Of a stretch of 64,000 nt of DNA, positions 28,012 to 40,102 are shown piece by piece. The notes below the pieces were generated by a model. The model was not told the origin of the DNA and did no database searches. It saw nothing but the letters and a program-made list of their open reading frames with translations. Location: NCBI GenBank assembly GCA_951406725.2, contig OX597829.1:26164001-26228000 (forward strand), given 5' to 3'. This stretch comes from Octopus vulgaris (Eukaryota). A program made the position numbers and the translations under genes. Position 1 is the first letter of the stretch. Every line of letters starts with the position of its first letter.

Positions 28012-28300
28012 ATTATTTACATTTGACGTATATTAGTCATCTTATGGCGTAGTGTTTAAGACCACGGGCTACTAACCCTAAGCTTCCAGGTTCGATTCCA
28101 GGCAGTGACCTGAATAATAATAACATCGAAAAATACTTTAGGAATGAGAACCCAGGTTCGAAATTTCTCCAAGACACCTGATGAAGGCTGGAGGGTATAT
28201 CAGCCGAAATGTTGTGTTAACAACAAACAAGATGAGGACAAATATCCACCAAATGTAAATAATGTACATAATTCCTCATCTTTTAAATATACAACTGTAT
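28012..28300 (+). mobile_element. tRNA-headed, hammerhead-containing SINE-like element with 5' inverted piece
   Basis: TSD tattatgact (28002-28011 and 28301-28310); inverted copy of 3' region at 28012-28043; A box 28045-28056; B box GGTTCGATTCC 28089-28099; hammerhead 28173-28218. Confidence 0.8.
28173..28218 (+). ncRNA. Minimal type I hammerhead ribozyme motif
   Basis: gacac CTGATGA a ggctgg-loop-tcagcc GAAA tg TT gtgtt; stem III AATGTT is one transition from the palindrome AACGTT. Confidence 0.7.
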
Positions 28301-28563
28301 TATTATGACTACTGTTTGATGATTACGTTTTCATTATTTTTTTAAAATTTATAATGTATTATCATTTATATTTTCCTACAATTTTATTATTCTATGGTTT
28401 TATCTTATATTTTAATTTTAATCTATATATTTATTTATTGCATTGTTCATCTGTTGTATACTTTAAATTATTAAACTTGCTTATAATAAATGTAGCTTTG
28501 TTGTATTGATGTGCTTACATGAGAGAAAAAAAGTGATCATAACACAAATTCAAATTAACTTAC

Positions 28564-28689
28564 AAGTTTTACTACCGGTAAAAGTTCGCGTTGTGTCTGT
28601 CGTATAACCATTCACTGTGGAAGATGCGGAGAAATGCCTGATCATCAAGGTTTCCGCAACAGGGTGAAAATCATAGACGAATATTAATG
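28564..28689 (-). CDS. PAN3: PAN3 exon (SLIFVYDFHPVAETLMIRHF...GSKT)
   Basis: ttccag / gtaagt; 126 nt, phase 1-1. Confidence 0.95.
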
Positions 28690-28845
28690 CTGGAAAATAA
28701 TAGTAGAGAATATTTATGAAAGCGGAGAGGTTAATCATGGAGTTTAGAGATTTGGGGTAAAGGAGTTTTATATGTATGTAGTATGAATGGAGTGAAGACA
28801 ATGTGTATGTATGCAGTATGAATATATATATGTATGCCAACATAT

Positions 28846-29140
28846 ACATCATCATCGTTTAGCATCCGCTTTCCATGCTAGCATGGGTTGGACGGTTCAA
28901 CTGGAGTCTGGGAAGCCAGAAGGCTGCACTAGGCCCAGTTTGATCTGGCAATGTTTCTACGGCTGGATGCCCTTCCTAATGCCAACCACTCCATGAGTGT
29001 AGTGGGTGCTTTTTACGTGCCACCAGCACAGGTGCCAGACGAGTCTGGCAAACGGCCACGATCGGATGGTGCTTCTTATGTGCCACCGGCACGGGGGCCA
29101 GGCGAGGCTGGCAACGGCCACGAACGGATGGTGCTTTTTA
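28846..29140 (-). mobile_element. RTE 3' UTR-only copy (similar at ~27200-27390, 31651-31970, 52165-52355, 6680-6860, 14800-15000, 60345-60480; plus-strand copies ~5040-5220, 55220-55400, 59990-60200)
   Basis: catcatcatcgtttagcatccgctttccatgctagcatgggttggacgg... matches the reverse complement of 42850-43020. Confidence 0.85.
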
Positions 29141-29159
29141 TACACATATATTTATTATA

Positions 29160-30245
29160 CATAGATAGCCAATTGTTACAAGGATAAAGGATGCCTCACA
29201 GAAGTAATTACAGATGTATGAAACTGAGGGCCAGGTCATGAAAATTACAGTTACAGAAAGGGTCATAGCTCAACTAATTACAAAAAGAGTTAACATAGAT
29301 GCAGTCTGATTTTGTGTCATGGAAAAGCACCAATGATGTTCTCTTTCTAGTAAGTTAACTGCAGAAGCTAGGGAAAGATGAATGGCTGGTGATAACTGTC
29401 AGAGCCATGTACAGGGATGCTGACAGTAAGATGAAAGTTGGCAATAATTACAACATCTTTAGTGTGCAGGTAGAGGAGTTCATCAGGACTTGGTTCTCAA
29501 TTTCCTCCTGTTTATCATAGTTCTCCAGTTTTAAACTGGTTCACTGCAGGAGCTCCTCATGAATCTGTAGTAGAATATGAAATAAAATTCCAGGTTTGGA
29601 AATCTAGAACCAGAAGCCCTTGAAGTGAATTTAGCAAAGACCGAATCTTAGTAAGCAGGAAAATAGACAAATCGCAAATTGTTTCAGGAAAATGGCTCTA
29701 GTCTGTATGTAGAAAAGGTATTGGAAGAAGTCCCATACAATGTACCCAGGGCATGCTATGGACACACAATAGGTGCAGTGGAATGACAGGGAAGTTAACA
29801 GGGAAAGTAGATTTTGAGACAGATGCACAGAAGCAATTAACACTAAGAATACGTGGGAAATAGATTTTCTCAAATGCCAAGGAAAATCCTTAGATGGTAG
29901 TAGATAGCTAGATCAGGGGCCTTCTGTCTTCATTTCCTCAATTACTTCATCTATCATACTGTTGTCAGGTTCACATTAGGAAAACTCTCTTCCCATGCAT
30001 TCTCCATGTTCTTTTCAGAATCACAGTCTAAGTGTACTATCATCCATCCTTACACACTTCTTTCATATAATATCATGATTTTCTCTGACACACTGTCTTG
30101 CAATCCATACTTCTGGTTCTCATGCTGTAGAACATTGACAAACCTCTTCCTTTCTGTCTCTACCCTTGCTAAATAGACCAATCACCTAGCTTCTCTTCTA
30201 GCTACCTGGTATATTTCTGCTATTGCCATTCTTCTAATCCTTCCA
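29160..30245. mobile_element. Old RTE fragments (plus 29160-29910, minus 29915-30245)
   Basis: Nucleotide similarity to the 40500-41930 region of the RTE copy. Confidence 0.65.
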
Positions 30246-31030
30246 AAGATTTTGATATGTGTAGTTGTGCTCGTATTTAATTACAGCAACTGAAAACTGT
30301 AGTTAAGCAATTAATGGAAAACTGGTTAAGCAAGTAATGGAGGGAGTCAGGAATTATCCCATCTAACTTGTCTAACAGTAATATTCTGCTGCTGTAATAA
30401 AATGAGAGCAGAACAGCACTATATGAATAGCCATGTAGCTCATCTACAGCAAGAAACCTATTCCACACTGGTACCTTCTTTCATACATTAACCACTCAGC
30501 ATGCTGCATAGTAACTTAACAAATACTTGTAGTATGAAAAAAGCACTCAGTACATGTTGAGTGCTGTAAAGTGGTTGGCATTAGAAAAGGGTGTCTAGCC
30601 ATAGAAGACACAAGAGTATAATGCAGTCTTTAGACCTATCAGATCCTATCCCTAACCCTACCCAATCTTTCAAAATATAAGTAGCCATTTAACTCCTCTA
30701 CAAGAAATCTGCTATCCTGGCCCCTCTTCCATATTCTAATCCACTCTATTGTAGTGTAAAACTACCTCTCTTTTCCTCCTCAATACCTTCACATGGAGGA
30801 AGAGGGAATGAAAAAGAGATAAGGAACAGGAAAAACAAGTGAGGGACAAAAATCAAAAAAAAAAAAAAAAAAGAAAAGAGTCAAGGAAGGCTGTATGGTT
30901 AAACATGCTTCGTAACCAGGTGGTTTGGGGTTCAAGTACTACAGCATGGCACCTTCAATTATAATTCCAGGCTGACTAATGTCTTCAGAGTAAATTTAGT
31001 AGATAGAATCTGTGTGAAAGCCCATCATCA

Positions 31031-31121
<91 letters not shown>

Positions 31122-31397
31122 TCTCTGTATTTGTGTCCTTGTGTCTGTGTTTATCTGCACCCTCATCGCTTGACAACCAGTATTGGTTTGTTTACATCAC
31201 AGTAACTTAGTGGTTTGACAAAAGAGATAGATACAAAAAGCAGCAGACTTGACATATTAGGGATGATTTGCCCAACTAAAACTCTTCAAGCTGGTGCTCC
31301 AACATGATCACAGTCCAGTGAATAAAACCAGTAAAATGTAACAGGTAAACAAGAGGGGAGAGGAGGAGGTGGCTGAAAATGAAGAACGCAAACTTAC

Positions 31398-31514
31398 AAT
31401 TGTCACCGAATGCTGTAGTTGTGAACACTTCCTTGAGCTGTACGACGTTTGGATGATAGAGCTTCTTCCATTGGTCGACTGTAGCCAGACACTTTGTGTT
31501 AGCGAGACGAAAAC
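31398..31514 (-). CDS. PAN3: PAN3 exon (GFRLANTKC...EVFTTTAFGDN)
   Basis: ctccag / gtaagt; 117 nt, phase 1-1. Confidence 0.96.
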
Positions 31515-32151
31515 CTGGAGATTGGAAACAGAAGAGAAGGGATAAAAAAGACAATTACTTGGTAATTAACAATTGGTTTTCTTAGCCGTCATGAAACTGA
31601 TATAGTATAATATACTTAATACATACACCTAAAAAATACATGCATATATATCATCATCATCGTTTAACGTCCGCTTTCCATGCTAGCATGGGTTGGACGG
31701 TTCAACTGGGGTCTGGCAAGCCCGAAGGCTGCACCAGGCCAGTCAGATCTGGCAGTGTTTCTACAGCTGGATACCCTTCCTAACGCCAACCACTCCGACA
31801 GTGTAGTGGGTGATTTTATGTGCCACCGACACAGGTGCCAGACGAGGCTGGCAGACTGCCATGCTCGGATGGTGTTTTTTATGTGCCACCGACACAGGTG
31901 CCAGACGAGGCTGGCAGACGGCCACGCTCGGATGGTGTTTTTTTTTTATGTGCCACCGACACAGGTGCCAGATATATATACCGGAGTAAACACATAAATG
32001 TGAAACAAGGTGGAAAAAAGAGTACTCAAATACCAGTGGTAGAGTAATATGCTTTATTTAAAGCAGCAGAAAATTCAACAAAACCTGTTACTCTGAGCTT
32101 CCCGTTATGTACTTTTGTCAGAGTCATTTCTGGTTAATATATATCCAGAAG

Positions 32152-32275
32152 TGACTTTGATGAAAGCAGCATTGATTATCTAGGTTGTTCAATTTTTTTC
32201 AACCCATCAATGGGCTGATTAAATAAACCTATCAATAATGAATCGATAATAACTAATGGAAACAGCTGTAAGTCA
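32152..32275 (+). ncRNA. Degenerate type I hammerhead motif (C3 changed to U)
   Basis: tgact TTGATGA ... GAAA cagctg TA agtca; stem I is a perfect 5 bp. The inverted upstream copy (tcagagtca, ~32118) preserves the original CTGA. Confidence 0.55.
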
Positions 32276-33013
32276 AATGGCTGGTGATAAATATGGAATG
32301 TATTCTATGTCTATGTTTATCTGGCAGTTATCACCAGCCATTCATCTTTCCCTAGCTTCCGCAGTGACCACCAGATAAGGAAGCAAGTGTCTCTGTCAAA
32401 GGCTTTCTCCATGCCAACAAATTCCAGTTATAGCTGTTTATTTATATTATATGTGACTATGAATGTGTATGCATGTGAGTGTCTGTGCATGGTTGTCTCT
32501 CCTTACCTTGGCATCACACGGTAGTAGTAATTGAGTATTACTATCATTTATTTCCAATATTCAACAAAAACATGCCTGGCCATGAGAGGATATCATCTTG
32601 TTTAAAAATTGGTGAGGGTTGGCAACAAGAAGAGCACCAAGCTACCGAAAATTCTGTCTTAATAAACACTGTCCAACCCATACAAGCATGGAAAAGTAGA
32701 TGCTGAAAACAATAATGTACTACACACGCACATTCATACACATATGTATATATATATATATATATATATATTCTTTCAGAAGTATGTTGTTGACAGTGAC
32801 TTTGAAGTTTCAGCCAGCTAACCTATCTTGTTTAAGAATAATAAATTTGCACTCTACAAAAGTATTGAGTAACCCATCAGATTAAAGTAAAATTGTTTTT
32901 ATTATAACTGAAAATAATAAAAAAAAAAATTAATATATTTATATATATACATATATGCATGTTATTACAATAAATGTAAACAAACTAATGTTTGTTTTAG
33001 AAGGACTGAAATG

Positions 33014-33250
33014 TGTATTGTGAGATACAATTAAGATGATCATTTATTTTCAAACACATAAATGCTAATAGAACAGCAGAGATTAGATAAGATATCCACA
33101 GAAAGCAGAAAAATTTGTCAGCAACCAGTCTCATGGCTGGCTGCTAACAAATTTCCCACTTTCTATGGATATTTTATCCAATCGATCCTGTTCTATCAGC
33201 GTTTATACATTTGAAAATAATTTATCAGCTTACTTGTATCTCACAATATA
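33014..33250. repeat. ~115 bp-arm palindrome
   Basis: tattgtgagatacaa...ccagtc tcat ggctgg...ttgtatctcacaata. Confidence 0.9.
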
Positions 33251-33314
33251 TGTATGTATACATACATATGCATATATACGTGTGTATGAATGCACATCTG
33301 TACACGCTACCTAC

Positions 33315-33473
33315 CATGTATTCGTTTAAGGCAGTACGTGAGACAATCCTTCGTATTTACAGCTTTGTAACATGTTGACGGATAGCTGAACATCGAGGAC
33401 TTCTGGAGCGGGTTGGCAGGTGGTGCCTCAAGAGGATAGAGTTGGTGATAGCTGTCGACCTCTGTGGGGATGT
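33315..33473 (-). CDS. PAN3: PAN3 exon, start of pseudokinase (DIPTEVDSYHQLYPLE...YCLKRIH)
   Basis: ttatag / gtaggt; 159 nt, phase 1-1. Confidence 0.96.
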
Positions 33474-33513
33474 CTATAAAAGAAAAAGAACAAAATAAGG
33501 GGATACCCAAGTA

Positions 33514-33556
<43 letters not shown>

Positions 33557-33766
33557 TTTACTACCCACAAGGGGCTAAACACAGAGGGGACAAACAAGGA
33601 CAGACAAAGGGATTACGTCGACTACATCGACCCCAGTGCGTAACTGGTACTTAATTTATCGACCCCGAAAGGATGAAAGGCAAAGTCGACCTCGGCGGAA
33701 TTTGAACACGGAACGTAACGACAGACGAATTTCGCCCGGCGTGCTAACGTTTCTACCAGCTCGCCG

Positions 33767-33814
<48 letters not shown>

Positions 33815-34177
33815 GAGTACACTATACATATATATATATATATATGTTTGTATATAAACACACACGTATATAAAAATGTGTGTTATCATCATCATCATTT
33901 AACGTCTGTCTTCCGTCCAGGCATACGTAGGATGGTTGACAGGAGCAAATATAACTATATACAGGTGTATATATATGTGTGTGTGTATGTGTCTGTGTCT
34001 GTTTATGCACATCATCATTGTTTAACGTCCATTTTCCATGCTAGCATGGGTTAAACATAAACATGCAGACATTCATACACCAAATACCATGTGGCTTTGT
34101 GTTCAATATCATTGCATGGCACTCTGGGCAAGTGTCTTCTCATATAGTTATTAGCTGATCATGAAGCCATTATGCAT

Positions 34178-34419
34178 ACACACACATAAAGTAAACACAA
34201 ATGGTGTTCAAAATTTAAGATAGCATTTTCAGTAGAATATTATTATTTAATGCAGTCATAAAAGATTACCTCACAAAATATAATCCATTACCAGGTAAAA
34301 TTTTACCTGATGATGGTGGATTTTATATTAAACTGTAATCTTTTATCACTGCATTAAATAAATTTCTACTGAAACAAATTTTAAACACTATGTGTTTATT
34401 TTATATATGTGTGTGTGTA
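34178..34419. repeat. Imperfect palindrome centred at 34300/34301
   Basis: caggtaaaa|ttttacctg centre; arms extend to the flanking CA/TG repeats. Confidence 0.8.
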
Positions 34420-36605
34420 AGCCACCCCAAGGACCCAACCTTAAGTCAGACCTATGATTTAAAGTGAATTTAGTATTTGCATATCTAAGCTATCTAACAA
34501 ATACTTGATATTTTCAAAGTTTTTTATTTCACTGTGAGCTCTATGCTATCACACCTAATTATTTCTAGCATCCTGAGTTGATGCATCTTGATGCTTATAA
34601 TCCTCATAACAAGATCATCATCATCATCACTTAACGTCTGCCTTCCATGCAAGCATGGCTGAGACGGTTTGACAGGAGCTGGTTGGCCAGGCAAAAGCCT
34701 GCACCAGACTTCTGTAAATTGTTTTGGCAGGATTTTTACAGCTGGATGCCCTTCCTAATATCAACCACTCAACAGAGTGAACTTAATGCTTTTTACATGG
34801 CACAAGCACAGACAAGGTCAGTTTGGGCAAGGTTTAACAGCTGGACGACCTTCCAAATGCCAGTCACTTTACAGTGTGATCTGGGAGTTTTTAAGTGGCA
34901 CCTGCACTGACAGGGCCACCAAGATGAAAATAAAATCTCTTTTGAGAAGGGAGGTGGCATTGGAGGAGGTGATATTGTGTCGGATGATGAAAGGTTATAG
35001 TGAGACAAAGAGACAGAAACCTGTGTCTTGCTATAGAGGAGGTACAAGGTTACCCAGCTAGAGAGAGAGAGAGAGATCAGGAATGAAGACAGAAACAGGT
35101 CCACTGTCACAAAGGAAATACATGGTTACCTAACGTGAGGGAAGTACAGGAGAAGGAGAGAGAGTGGGAGACAGCAGGATAGAGATGGTGGCAAAGTGCC
35201 GGACATACTCAAAAGGAACGGGGATCAGAATATGAGATGGTTGAGTAAAAGAAGAGAGAGATATTATAGATGGTGGCAAGTGCCAGGGCATACCCATGAG
35301 GTCCGAACACCATAATATAAGTGGCAGGGTATTGCAAGAAAGCATGATTAGAGAGTGTGGAGGGGGGAGTGACAAAAATTTAGGCATTTATAGAGTCAGG
35401 GGGACTACTGGATAGCAATGATACAGAGGAACAGGGCTATGAGGACAGGATTGGGGAATGAGAGCTAGGTATAGTGTAGGAAGGAGGAAATGTGAGTGAG
35501 AGAAGAGATGTAGATTGGTTTGTTGGGGTGGGGTATGTGAAAAGTTTTCTTGTTATGTGTGGGTGGAGCACAAAGGTCAGGGGCTAGCAGAGAGCAATGA
35601 TACAGTGGAAAAGGGACAAGAGGACAGGATGGGGGAGTGGAAGGTAAGCACAGTGCATGAAGTGGAAATGTGAAGAAGAGAAAAGATCATAAAGATAAAA
35701 AATATCTTGTTTTAGAAATATATTTAAATTAATTTTTCACTATAATTTCAAGTTATGTTTTAAACAGCTTAATGAATGAAACCATTTTACTATATCCCTG
35801 CATAATCTTGAGTATTTATAAAATTAACTAAAATTAGTGTATTTTAAAAGAAACCTAGTTACGAAACCACTAAATACAACTTCTACTACTACACTGACCA
35901 CTAGCTGTAAATTACTAGTATGGTATCTCATTTGTTTTTACCTGATGAAGCCTAATGCATAATAAAGGAATGGTAGGCAAAGAATTCACAGACAGGAATG
36001 TGGCACAAATGTGTCTTAGATTCAGTTTTCAGTAACAAGATATTCTCATTATTAGCAATAATATAAAACCACAAAATGTTAGTGAAGAGAGAATCATCAA
36101 TTCCAATATGTGATGCTACAAGTTTTATTGATTTTTGCCAATGGTAAAAAGATAAAAAAAAGGCAAAAATCTAAGACCACAAAGCATTTTATTTGATATA
36201 TCAGTGATTCTGCAAATTTAAAAACAAAACCTTCCTCATCAACTCAAAGTAGAAAATAAATAAATAAATAAATGAGAGAGGAAAAAACAAAACAATTAAT
36301 TCACACACAAACAGGAAAACAGAACTTAAAAGATGTGTATGCTTTTATTATTAATTGACAAAAGTTAAATGACTCAAGGGTCAAGAGTTACATGCACTGG
36401 CACTTATCAAACTGGTTTTATGATGAGATCATTTATATAAACCAGTTAAAACAATGATTTTCTGGATTGCACTAGAATAAATTATAAAATGAACTACAAG
36501 GTCACGTGAATAAAAGCATGTTTTATAAAATGCTTTGCCCATTAAGCAGTTAATAAATAAATAAGGTAATATACATACATAGATATTTATTCATATATAA
36601 TTATG

Positions 36606-36995
36606 TGTGGAGGCGCAATGGCCCAGTGGTTAGGGCAGCGGACTCGCGGTCATACGATCGCGGTTTCGATTCCCAGACCGGGCGTTGTGAGTGTTTATTG
36701 AGCGAAAACACCTAAAGCTCCATGAGGCTCCGGCAGGGGATGGTGGTGATCCCTGCTGTATTCTTTCACCACAACTTTCTCTCATTCTTACTTCCTGTTT
36801 TTGTTGTACCTGTATTTCAAGGGGCCGGCCTTGTCACTCTCTGTGTCACACTGAATATCCCCGAGAACTACGTTAAGGGTACATGTGTCTGTGGAGTGCT
36901 CAGCCACTTACACGTTAATTTCACGAGCAGGCTGTTCCGTTGATCGGATCAACCAGAACCCTCATCGTCGTAACCGACAGAGTGCTTCCAAAAAA
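36606..36995 (+). mobile_element. Young tRNA-derived SINE, family C
   Basis: A box tggcccagtgg, B box gtttcgattccc; CpG-rich; A-rich end. Confidence 0.8.
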
Positions 36996-37084
36996 TTATG
37001 TATACTTATTTACACAGACACTCACATCTATATACCCACTCACAAATACATAAAAGCAACACACATAACTATTATTTTATTTAC

Positions 37085-37142
37085 CTGGATGTTGAGCTGG
37101 GTCGATTTGCATTAATGAACATGCATGCCGATTCAGCAATTC
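37085..37142 (-). CDS. PAN3: PAN3 exon (ELLNRHACSLMQIDPAQHP)
   Basis: tttcag / gtaaat; 58 nt, phase 0 to 1; matches ELINRH...AQID. Confidence 0.93.
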
Positions 37143-37194
37143 CTGAAAAGAAAAATATATATACATACAGTTATCGATAATTATACATAAATGC

Positions 37195-40050
37195 ATCATC
37201 ATCATCATTTAGCGTCTGCTTTCTATGCTGACAAGGATTAGATGGTTTGATCTTGTGTCAGATGATGAAAGGCTATAGTGAGACACAGAGAGAGAGAGAA
37301 ACAGGTGTCTTGCTAAAGAGGATATATAAGGTTACTTGGCCAGAGAGAGAGAGAGAGAGTGGGGGGGGAATCAACAATGAAGACAGAAACAAGTGTGCTG
37401 CTGCAAGGAGATACATGGTCAACTAACCTGAGGGAGGTGCAGGAGGAGGAGAGAGAGTGGGAGAGAGCAGGATATAGATGGTGACAAGTGCCAGGGTTGG
37501 AAGGTCGTAATATAAGTGGCAGGATATTGTAAAAGCAGCAGGATTAGTGAGTGTGGAGGGGTGGGAAAGTGAGTGGTGAAAACCTGAGTATATTTAGAGT
37601 GGGATGGGGAAGGCAGATAGCAATGATACAGAGAAACAGGACCTTGAGGACAGGATTTGGGAGTGAGAGACAGGCATAGTGTATGAAGGAGGAAATGTAG
37701 ATTGGTTTTATTGGAGTAGGGTGTGTGAAAAGTTTCCTTGTTATGTGTGGGTGGAAGACACAGGTCAGGGGCTAGCGGATAGAATGATATGATACAGTGA
37801 GACAGAGTCAAGAGGACAGGATCGGGGAGTTGGAGGTAAGCATAGTGCATGAAATGGAAATGTGAGGAAGAGATGTAGAGATATAGTTTGGTTTGTTGTG
37901 GTAGGGTGTGCGAGAAGCTTCCTTGTTAAGTGTGGGTGCAGCACACAACACTTCTAGAACTCAGTTTCGCTGAAGAGGCCAGGTCTTCTCATAAACCTTA
38001 TATCTTGGGCAGCTGTCATTTCCTCTGTGAGGCCCAACATCCTGAGATTGGTCCTTATCACTTCATCATACATTTTCTTGGATCTCCCTTGTCAGCAGGT
38101 ACCATCCACTCAGTGACAGGCACTTCTTTATGCAGCTGTACTCATTCATATGCATCATATGTCCAAACCAACATAGTCTTCTCTCTTGCATACACCAACT
38201 TTTCTCTTGATACATTTGCACTTTGTTGTACATGTGTGCTGATGTTGCACATCCAATGGAGTATACTGCCTTCATTTCTCTCCAGTCTACATGTCTTCTG
38301 CATTCAGAGCCCATGTCTCACTACCATGGAGTATAGCCGTTCATACACAAGCATCATATAGTCTACCTTTCACTCTGAGAGAGAGCCCTTTTGTTGCCAA
38401 CAGAGGTAATAGCCCCCTGAACTTCCTTCGCCCTATTCTTAATCTAGAAACAATACTTTCAGAGCATTTTCCACCATTGCTAATTTTGTCACCTAAGGAA
38501 CAGAAACTATCTACAAGAGATTTGGTCACCTAGGTAACAGAAACTATCTCAAGAGAGCCTCCTAGAGAATCTAAGTTCCATGTGTTTTCAATGCTTATTA
38601 CTCCTGCACATCTATCACATACAAATTATCTGTTAATCTACCTGCAATTCCACTGCACTGCCTATGTGTCCATAGTTTACACAGGGTGCAGTGAATGGAA
38701 TTTCTTCCAACTCCTTTCCTACATACTGAGCAGGGCCATTTACCCAACAGAAAGAGTGTTTTATCTTCTTTCTTACTCACAACTTTGGTCTTCACAAGGT
38801 TAACTTTAAGGCTCTTTGATTCCAGGTCTTGATTCCATACCTAGAATTTCTTCTCCAGTTCTGCTAAAGATTCTACAATAAGAGCAAGGTCATCAGCATA
38901 TAGCAGCTCCCATGAGCAGTCAGTTTTGAATTCTACTGTTATGGCTTGGAGGACTATAATGAATAAGAGTAGGCTGAGAACTGAGCCTTGGTGAACCCCT
39001 ACCTGTACAATAAATTCATCACTGTATTCATGGCTGACTCTCACCTTACTGACAGCATCACTGTACAAAGCTTGTACAGCTCTAGCAAGCCACTCCTCTA
39101 CTCCAAACTTCCTTAGAGACCACCATATAACAGAGTGGGAAACTGTCAAAAGCTTTCTCCAGGTCAACGAAAGCTAAGTACAATGGCTTACTTTTGGCCA
39201 AGTACTTTTCCTGAATCTGTCTCACTAGGAAGATGGCATCTGTAGTACTCTTCCCAGGTACAAAACAAAACTGCATCACATCTAGTTTAATTCTATTCAT
39301 AATCAATTGAACCTTCTCAGTAACTTTCATGACTTCTAGCAGTTTAATACTTCTGTAGTTGTTCCAATCTAAAGCAGCACCTTTACTCTTGTAGTGGGTA
39401 ACTATAATGCTATAACACCAGTCATTGGGGATGGAGCCTTCCTGAATAAACTGATTAACTATAAGGGCGACTAAGCTGTATCCTACACTACCAGAAATTT
39501 TAATCATCTCGGCAGTGATTTCTGATGGCTCAGGGGCTTTCCTTGTCTTCATGTCCTTATTTGCCTCATCTATTATACTGCTATCAATTCTGATGGCAGG
39601 TCCCTCAATTGGTTCGATATTTGGTAGACTCTCCTTCTCTTATTCATTTTCCACATTTAGTAACCTTTCACAATGACACTTTTGTGCATCTTTCTTCCCT
39701 GAGTTACTAAGTACAAGCATACCATTGTCCATTCGCACACTTTTGTCACCCATCACATCTCTTTTCTCTCTGATACGCTACTTTGCAATTCTGAACACCT
39801 CATGCCTCTGATCCTCATGTCGTAGGACATATGCAAATCTCTTACCTTCGGCTACTCCTTTTGCTATGTATACCTGATACCTAGCTGCCCTTTTGGCTAC
39901 CTGATATAATTCTTTGCTTCCACTTTTTTCCAGTCTTTCCAGGCATGCCTTTTTGCTTTCATAGTACTGTCTCCACCACCATATTACCCTTGGTCTAGCT
40001 GGGACTATGCACAAACCACAGATTTCCTTAGTAGCCCTCAGTACAAACAT
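37195..40050 (-). mobile_element. Degenerate RTE LINE, subfamily with long 3' UTR (UTR also at ~34615-35690)
   Basis: ORF fragments with AFVDLEKAFD, GVHQGSVLS, LYADD and WPCSVC; catcatcat tail at ~37195. Confidence 0.9.
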
Positions 40051-40102
40051 ATGTATGTGTGTATGTATATATATGTATATATATATATATGTATATATAT
40101 AT

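Noticed and set aside
35938-35990. CTGATGA followed by stem gccta/taggc
   Set aside because: GAAA box is missing (aaag) and stems I and III are not evident; at most a fossil.
36612-36680. Possible tRNA gene (also 28045-28105, 55418-55480)
   Set aside because: No complete cloverleaf or acceptor stem and it continues into a repeat body; these are SINE heads.
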